Source: Octopus vulgaris
Taxonomy: Eukaryota
Length of the DNA: 64,000 nt
NCBI GenBank assembly: GCA_951406725.2
Contig: OX597834.1
Coordinates: forward strand, 23,312,001-23,376,000
Direction: 5' to 3'
Shown here: positions 62,258 to 64,000 of the stretch, piece after piece
Layout: each line of letters opens with the position of its first letter
Position numbering within the stretch: the first letter of the stretch is position 1
Program-made: the position numbers and the translations under genes
Notes under the pieces: model-generated
The model's database searches: none
What the model saw: only the letters and a program-made list of their open reading frames with translations
What the model was told of the DNA's origin: nothing

Positions 62258-63719
62258 CCATTTTTATATTCATAATGAAGGTGTATGGCCTAGTGGTTAG
62301 GGTGTTGCACTCACAACTGCAAGGTCATGGTTTCAATTCCCAGACTGGGTGGTGTGTTGTGCTCTTAAGCAAAGCATTTCATTTTCATGTTGCCCCAGTC
62401 CACTCAGCTGTAAATGGTTAACCCTGCAACAGACTAGCATGCCATTCAGGGGATATTCTACTCACTTCATTGTTAAAGAAGGACATACTGGTAGATAAAA
62501 AGAAATGTAGGATGGTCATGTCTGGGTTGTCTTTGATCATGGATCTCCTGGTGCTAAAGCAACAAACATAAAACAACCTATGTAGAGTAATGTTTATTAG
62601 ATAACCAAAAATGCTTCTTGTTAAATAGAAACTGTGACATTTTCATTTTGTCTGTTAGCTTCTCATACATGTCATGATGCTTGGTTTGCAACCATAAGGC
62701 CTTAGGTTCGATTCCTGGACTGATCCAACATATTGTGTCCCTGATAAAACCTAATTCATTTTGCATTGTTGTTCCTCCAGTTTACTTAGCTGTAAAAGCA
62801 TGCCAACCTAGCACCAGTGCAACTCTCTCTCTCTCTCTCTCTCTAAATCTCACGTTGTGGATATGCTGCAGAGTCAAGGATGAAGATAGCAAGAGGATGT
62901 TTGTTTCTTCTGTGCATAGGGACCACAGAGGGGCCACAAACGATTAGCAAAACTGGTAAATGTTACCAAGACCTGCTCATTCATGAGTGACTGTTCACAG
63001 TACTGTACTTCATTGCATTGCACAGTACTCTACTGTATTGTGTTGTACTTTTCTGCACCTTATGGCTGTGTAGTTAAGGAATTCACTAGATGACTACATA
63101 GTTCAGGGTTTAACTCACTGAGCAGTACCTTGGGTGTCTTCTGATGTAGGTTCAAGTTGACCTAAACCCATGAACTAGTGAAATAGATACAGGAATACCA
63201 TGCAAAAGTCCACTTGAAGTATGTGTGTGTGGCTCAGCAGGCTGAAACTTCGAAGTCACTGTTGATAATAGTTTTGTTCATGAATAATTATTGTATATGA
63301 ACATAATATACATATATAAGTGAACATTATGGCTCGTGGAAATTATGATGATAATGAATTTAGTGATGGTATTGATGATGTTAGTGATGATAAAGTTACT
63401 GGGGATGTTGTGTATGACAAGCAAAATGAACCAAATCCACTTTGCTTTTTTTCCCTTCTGGGACAGAATCAATAAAATGAAGTTCTACTGTTGAAGTACT
63501 GATGCCAATTGGTATCGGCCAATTTCTTTCTCCCCTCCCAAATTTCATTCCTTGTACCTCAATTATAAAGCAGTATTAATTAATTTGCTGATTTCTTCTT
63601 ATTTCAGTGGCTGTGAAAATGGTTGTGTCTATCTGTGGAACATTGCCCAACCTTCGCCCCATGAGGCTTTCCTATCTCCAAATGTTTATGCCATGGAGTC
63701 TCAAGAGGAATTGTCTGAA
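1159..63719 (+). CDS. HERC1: HERC1-like giant E3 ubiquitin ligase, partial (44 coding exons in window; both ends outside)
   Basis: Hand-spliced exons give one 3052-codon frame with consistent phases. Peptides such as [51 protein letters not shown] and [18 protein letters not shown] match my recollection of vertebrate HERC1. Domain order is RLD1-SPRY-UBA-like-WD40. Confidence 0.95.
1655..1826 (+). CDS. HERC1: HERC1 exon 2 (RCC1 repeat)
   Basis: ttcag|...|gtaatg; [17 protein letters not shown]...[17 protein letters not shown]. Confidence 0.93.
2073..2206 (-). repeat. Tandem triplication of a 48-bp RTE 3' terminus
   Basis: catcatcatcgtttaacgtccgttttccatgctagcatgggttggact x about 2.8. Confidence 0.85.
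3696..3830 (+). CDS. HERC1: HERC1 exon 3
   Basis: tccag|...|gtaagc; [18 protein letters not shown]...PPPPFTTK. Confidence 0.92.
4674..5054 (-). mobile_element. Full-length tRNA-derived SINE with target-site duplication
   Basis: Minus-strand head GGAGGCGCAATGGCCCAGTGGTTAGG...GGTTTCGATTCC (A/B boxes); flanking atttgggttatg (4662-4673) and atttgtgttatg (5055-5066). Confidence 0.88.
5069..6342 (+). mobile_element. Near-full-length decayed mariner DNA transposon (mellifera-like)
   Basis: Imperfect TIRs (gggttggcaactaagttcccgcc / ggcaggaacttagttgcaaagtc) flanked by TA, about 1.27 kb, internal transposase remnants. Confidence 0.92.
5238..6282 (+). pseudogene. Mariner transposase pseudogene
   Basis: HTH N-terminus (EHFRHLLLF...[19 protein letters not shown]), [29 protein letters not shown]; in-frame stops (e.g. 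5688-5690) and a late frameshift. Confidence 0.92.
6494..6634. repeat. Palindromic foldback sequence
   Basis: aatattttacaagcttaaagcttataagcgatcacc / ggtgatcgattataagctttaagcttgtaaaatatt with inner attgactaagg-gcta-ccttagtcaat. Confidence 0.85.
6751..6916 (+). CDS. HERC1: HERC1 exon 4
   Basis: ttccag|...|gtgcgt; [17 protein letters not shown]...[18 protein letters not shown]. Confidence 0.92.
8364..8489 (+). CDS. HERC1: HERC1 exon 5
   Basis: tttcag|...|gtattt; [42 protein letters not shown]. Confidence 0.93.
8663..8784. mobile_element. Short Tc1/mariner-derived MITE remnant
   Basis: taggatgtcttaaaag ... tttttgggacaccctgt imperfect inverted ends. Confidence 0.5.
8964..9146 (+). CDS. HERC1: HERC1 exon 6
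   Basis: tttcag|...|gtatga; [22 protein letters not shown]...[17 protein letters not shown]. Confidence 0.92.
9915..10146 (-). mobile_element. SINE family A copy
   Basis: Nearly identical to 31004-31234. Confidence 0.87.
10404..10562 (+). CDS. HERC1: HERC1 exon 7
   Basis: gtgcag|...|gtatgt; [13 protein letters not shown]...[17 protein letters not shown]. Confidence 0.9.
11727..11856 (+). CDS. HERC1: HERC1 exon 8
   Basis: ttctag|...|gtaaat; [22 protein letters not shown]...LLKKVG; phases 0/1 fit neighbours; not in ORF track. Confidence 0.87.
12895..13089 (+). CDS. HERC1: HERC1 exon 9
   Basis: ttgcag|...|gtgagt; [22 protein letters not shown]...[13 protein letters not shown]. Confidence 0.91.
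13899..14119. mobile_element. piggyBac-like MITE
   Basis: TTAA-ccctttagcatt ... aatgctaaaagg-TTAA. Confidence 0.75.
14232..14465 (+). mobile_element. SINE family A copy
   Basis: Full head-to-tail match with the other family A copies. Confidence 0.85.
14692..14883 (+). CDS. HERC1: HERC1 exon 10
   Basis: ggtcag|...|gtaatg; [20 protein letters not shown]...LFSNGLE. Confidence 0.9.
15507..15542 (-). ncRNA. Variant minimal hammerhead-like motif
   Basis: Minus strand cttt-CTGTTGA-a-gagc(atag)gctc-GAAAC-GTA-aaag; core deviates from CUGANGA at one position. Confidence 0.45.
16179..16358 (+). CDS. HERC1: HERC1 exon 11
   Basis: cctcag|...|gtgagt; [11 protein letters not shown]...[26 protein letters not shown]. 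Confidence 0.89.
17806..17917 (+). CDS. HERC1: HERC1 exon 12
   Basis: cttcag|...|gtaagt; [30 protein letters not shown]; not in ORF track. Confidence 0.9.
18450..18661 (+). CDS. HERC1: HERC1 exon 13
   Basis: tttcag|...|gtattg; [23 protein letters not shown]...LEKIK. Confidence 0.86.
19652..19780 (+). CDS. HERC1: HERC1 exon 14
   Basis: tcctag|...|gtaagc; EADNSS...[24 protein letters not shown]. Confidence 0.88.
20234..20290 (+). CDS. HERC1: HERC1 exon 15 (57-nt, symmetric phase 1-1)
   Basis: cttcag|...CAAG|gtaaat; [18 protein letters not shown]; open in the required frame but can be skipped without frameshift. Confidence 0.7.
20608..20841 (+). mobile_element. RTE 3'-end fragment with (GAT)n tail (representative)
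   Basis: Close to 29255-29524 and to the reverse complement of 34033-34215; more than 15 related fragments in window. Confidence 0.83.
21250..21440. mobile_element. MITE-like element with 13-bp terminal inverted repeat
   Basis: aatgtagcaaccc ... gggttgctacatt. Confidence 0.6.
22415..22551 (+). CDS. HERC1: HERC1 exon 16
   Basis: long pyrimidine tract, gtcag|...|gtgagc; [27 protein letters not shown]...GSE. Confidence 0.85.
23621..23693 (+). CDS. HERC1: HERC1 exon 17
   Basis: ttgtag|...|gtaagt; [24 protein letters not shown]; needed to convert phase 0 to phase 1. Confidence 0.82.
24434..25390 (+). CDS. HERC1: HERC1 exon 18 (957 nt)
   Basis: tgccag|...|gtatta; [18 protein letters not shown]...[16 protein letters not shown]...HYQDGIKAA...VVDLLWKQL. 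Confidence 0.92.
26526..26571 (-). ncRNA. Minimal hammerhead-like motif, mirror copy (decayed)
   Basis: aacac-CTGATGA-a-ggctg(loop)cagcc-AAAAC-atc-gtgtt on minus strand; GAAA box mutated. Confidence 0.55.
26756..26801 (+). ncRNA. Minimal type I hammerhead ribozyme-like motif (decayed)
   Basis: gacac-CTGATGA-a-ggctg(loop)cagcc-GAAAC-att-gtgtt: stems I and II pair and both core boxes are present; cleavage triplet is altered. Confidence 0.65.
27947..28090 (+). CDS. HERC1: HERC1 exon 19
   Basis: ttgtag|...|gtaaca; [17 protein letters not shown]...[10 protein letters not shown]. Confidence 0.91.
28371..28791 (-). mobile_element. 5'-truncated R4/Dong-like non-LTR retrotransposon (RLE endonuclease C-terminus plus 3' UTR)
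   Basis: [37 protein letters not shown]...[21 protein letters not shown]; abuts a (TAA)n tract. Confidence 0.8.
29683..29789 (+). CDS. HERC1: HERC1 exon 20
   Basis: tttaag|...|gtatgt; [27 protein letters not shown]; not in ORF track. Confidence 0.89.
30057..30371 (+). CDS. HERC1: HERC1 exon 21 (start of SPRY)
   Basis: ccacag|...|gtgaga; IVQRLF...[29 protein letters not shown]...SGCYQWK. Confidence 0.93.
30744..30960 (+). mobile_element. SINE family A copy (older variant)
   Basis: ggcggcaagctggcagaa head and core motif. Confidence 0.8.
31004..31234 (-). mobile_element. Young SINE family A copy with perfect 17-bp TSD
   Basis: ttaccattaatattacc at 30987-31003 and 31235-31251. Confidence 0.9.
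31385..31624 (+). CDS. HERC1: HERC1 exon 22 (SPRY)
   Basis: ttgcag|...|gtaagc; [21 protein letters not shown]...[10 protein letters not shown]...[15 protein letters not shown]. Confidence 0.94.
32570..32653 (+). CDS. HERC1: HERC1 exon 23 (SPRY)
   Basis: tttcag|...|gtaaga; [28 protein letters not shown]. Confidence 0.93.
32891..33101 (+). CDS. HERC1: HERC1 exon 24
   Basis: ttttag|...|gtaaac; [24 protein letters not shown]...LLRTLH...W. Confidence 0.92.
33832..33926 (+). CDS. HERC1: HERC1 exon 25
   Basis: tttcag|...|gtaagt; [31 protein letters not shown]. Confidence 0.87.
34033..34912 (-). mobile_element. 5'-truncated RTE-clade LINE with (GAT)n tail
   Basis: Minus strand reads [23 protein letters not shown] / [11 protein letters not shown]...[18 protein letters not shown]...DLW, then a 3' UTR identical to the many short ggaagggcatccagc...gatgatgat repeats in the window. 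Confidence 0.87.
35328..35491 (+). CDS. HERC1: HERC1 exon 26
   Basis: ttttag|...|gtgacc; [24 protein letters not shown]...TLLGV...AKVHWDD; not in ORF track. Confidence 0.91.
36632..37710 (+). CDS. HERC1: HERC1 exon 27 (1079 nt)
   Basis: tttcag|...|gtgagt; [12 protein letters not shown]...[10 protein letters not shown]...[12 protein letters not shown]. Confidence 0.92.
38600..38834 (+). CDS. HERC1: HERC1 exon 28 (Ser-rich)
   Basis: tcatag|...|gtaagt; [10 protein letters not shown]...RIRTMLSEP. Confidence 0.87.
39827..39996 (+). CDS. HERC1: HERC1 exon 29 (UBA-like start)
   Basis: catcag|...|gtaagt; [26 protein letters not shown] (MGF loop typical of UBA). Confidence 0.87.
41011..41239 (+). 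CDS. HERC1: HERC1 exon 30
   Basis: tttcag|...|gtaagt; [21 protein letters not shown]... Confidence 0.9.
41378..41682. repeat. Degenerate minisatellite, about 29-30 bp unit
   Basis: Repeated (gttg)ctgaagactgggtctttaggattatt, about 10 units. Confidence 0.8.
42315..42478 (+). CDS. HERC1: HERC1 exon 31
   Basis: ttgcag|...|gtacgt; [10 protein letters not shown]...[22 protein letters not shown]. Confidence 0.83.
42960..43192 (+). mobile_element. Penelope-like element reverse transcriptase fragment inserted within a SINE
   Basis: [22 protein letters not shown]...[22 protein letters not shown], then [12 protein letters not shown] after a frameshift; SINE B head before and body after. Confidence 0.8.
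43731..43894 (+). CDS. HERC1: HERC1 exon 32 (acidic)
   Basis: caccag|...|gtcagt; [54 protein letters not shown]. Confidence 0.84.
44219..44327 (+). CDS. HERC1: HERC1 exon 33 (Cys/His module)
   Basis: tttcag|...|gtaatg; [25 protein letters not shown]. Confidence 0.87.
44401..44782 (+). mobile_element. Non-autonomous Helitron-like element inserted in a (TA)n tract
   Basis: Starts actagcagtatcgcccggcgttgctc (short hairpin); ends caagtttcatcagaatcggttgaaa...acagacac repeats...tttatatataga, an organisation resembling Lep1-type Helitrons. Confidence 0.68.
44781..44868. repeat. (TA)n microsatellite (representative of many TA/CA/CT/TAA/CAT tracts)
   Basis: Direct reading; similar tracts at 7535, 15366, 32130-32515, 35980-36115, 38490, 59345. 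Confidence 0.95.
49437..49688 (+). CDS. HERC1: HERC1 exon 34 (Cys/His module continued)
   Basis: ttctag|...|gtatgt; [36 protein letters not shown]...APDF. Confidence 0.9.
49885..50102. repeat. Imperfect long inverted repeat
   Basis: tagatagaactataaataa..tgtagaatattggat..tggatgg pairs with ccatcca..atccaatattctaca..ttatttatagctttatcta. Confidence 0.75.
50965..51310. repeat. Degenerate minisatellite, about 40-45 bp unit
   Basis: Repeated tatgttccaaacaccatcttaa...ttgtctttt. Confidence 0.7.
51437..51897 (-). mobile_element. Internally deleted mariner element
   Basis: Imperfect TIRs tatgagggagttcccaaaag / cttttgggtaccctcttgta; minus strand from 51700 reads [45 protein letters not shown]...[12 protein letters not shown] (transposase HTH). 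Confidence 0.8.
53764..53955 (+). CDS. HERC1: HERC1 exon 35
   Basis: attcag|...|gtaagt; [25 protein letters not shown]. Confidence 0.9.
54257..54431 (+). CDS. HERC1: HERC1 exon 36
   Basis: ttctag|...|gtgagt; [43 protein letters not shown]. Confidence 0.92.
55098..55326 (+). CDS. HERC1: HERC1 exon 37
   Basis: ccacag|...|gtaagt; [25 protein letters not shown]...[12 protein letters not shown]...VCSQ. Confidence 0.92.
56564..56759 (+). CDS. HERC1: HERC1 exon 38
   Basis: ttgtag|...|gtatgg; ELMQAATG...[14 protein letters not shown]. Confidence 0.86.
57278..57575 (+). CDS. HERC1: HERC1 exon 39 (entry into WD40 region)
   Basis: ttctag|...|gtgaga; [12 protein letters not shown]...[13 protein letters not shown]...KLEGHQDR...[10 protein letters not shown]. 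Confidence 0.91.
57688..58025 (-). mobile_element. tRNA-derived SINE (third type)
   Basis: Minus-strand head tgcctcagtggttacag...gagttcgattcttgg, then gtgttgtgttcttgagcaagac; related fragments at about 41690, 55990, 62280. Confidence 0.75.
58105..58447 (-). mobile_element. Decayed RTE-like LINE ORF2 C-terminal fragment (second lineage)
   Basis: Minus strand [32 protein letters not shown]...[14 protein letters not shown]. Confidence 0.72.
58831..59340 (+). mobile_element. Tandem or nested cluster of SINE family A copies
   Basis: Head/core motif repeated three times in series (about 58831, 58948, 59185). Confidence 0.82.
59431..59633 (+). CDS. HERC1: HERC1 exon 40 (WD40)
   Basis: gtgcag|...|gtacgt; [11 protein letters not shown]...[21 protein letters not shown]. 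Confidence 0.92.
60092..60292 (+). CDS. HERC1: HERC1 exon 41 (WD40)
   Basis: tttcag|...|gtctgt; ITAMTWP...[10 protein letters not shown]...ELEHCYRK. Confidence 0.89.
60388..60808 (+). mobile_element. SINE family B (tRNA head, internal AT/GT microsatellite), representative copy
   Basis: tggctgtgtggtaagaa...gggttcaacccc...ggcacc...aaagccttgtgagtggattt...gaaactgaaagaagcc; related copies at about 7865, 11440(-), 23100(-), 23275, 40215(-), 40750(-), 42899, 52670(-), 53045(-), 54720(-). Confidence 0.84.
61231..61355 (+). CDS. HERC1: HERC1 exon 42 (WD40)
   Basis: acacag|...|gtaagt; [23 protein letters not shown]. Confidence 0.91.
62008..62210 (+). CDS. HERC1: HERC1 exon 43 (WD40)
   Basis: ttgcag|...|gtaagg; [12 protein letters not shown]...CVKIW...VSMIEWC. 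Confidence 0.91.
63608..63719 (+). CDS. HERC1: HERC1 exon 44 in window (WD40)
   Basis: tttcag|...|gtaatc; [15 protein letters not shown]...EELSE. Confidence 0.88.
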
Positions 63720-64000
63720 GTAATCATTTTATTTGTATAACTTCACTGCACTTTCTATGTGTGTTTGCTGTAGTTTACTGTATGTGTTTGCTGCCTAGTG
63801 TACTTTCTGTGTGATGTACCGTGTGTAGTCTGTGAAATGTGGTGTAATATAATCTGTGTAAAGACTGTACTCTCTCTGTAGTATTCTGTGTGTGCTTTCA
63901 AGTACATGTTCTCACTGTGTAGTTTAATATTGTGTACTCTCTTTGTAGATTATGATGCATATGCTTCACTTTCTATGTAGAGTACAGTGTAGGGTAGGCT

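Noticed and set aside
7420-63472. Many ORF-track entries rich in YIYI, CVCV, HTHT or poly-I/M/V/H
   Set aside because: They are translations of microsatellites or SINE/RTE fragments, or antisense shadows of real exons, with no coherent protein signal.
1159-63719. Assignment to HERC2 or another RCC1/WD40 protein
   Set aside because: The RLD-SPRY-WD40 order and recalled peptide matches point to HERC1; no cytochrome b5-like, ZZ or DOC domains were seen.

Overview
AT-rich, microsatellite-dense animal genomic DNA. The repeat landscape (several tRNA-derived SINE families, RTE tails with (GAT)n, AT/CA microsatellites) looks like an octopus (coleoid cephalopod) genome; this is inferred from recall, not searched. 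The window lies inside one large plus-strand gene, an orthologue of the giant E3 ubiquitin ligase HERC1. I traced 44 GT-AG coding exons by hand from 1159 to 63719. Their phases are mutually consistent and they sum to 9156 nt (3052 codons). They cover the end of RCC1-like domain 1, a long helical region, the SPRY domain, a UBA-like segment, a Cys/His zinc-binding module and the start of the WD40 region. The start codon, RLD2 and HECT domain lie outside the window. Introns hold a near-full-length decayed mariner, an internally deleted mariner, RTE, R4/Dong and Penelope-like retroelement fragments, a Helitron-like element, MITEs and many SINEs. I see no clear new multi-gene system. The most notable unexplained signals are RNA-level: a long palindrome carrying two decayed minimal hammerhead-ribozyme motifs, a third hammerhead-like motif, a chain of overlapping mutually exclusive hairpins in a SPRY-domain intron, a G-U-rich intronic hairpin, and a possible 60-nt cassette exon.
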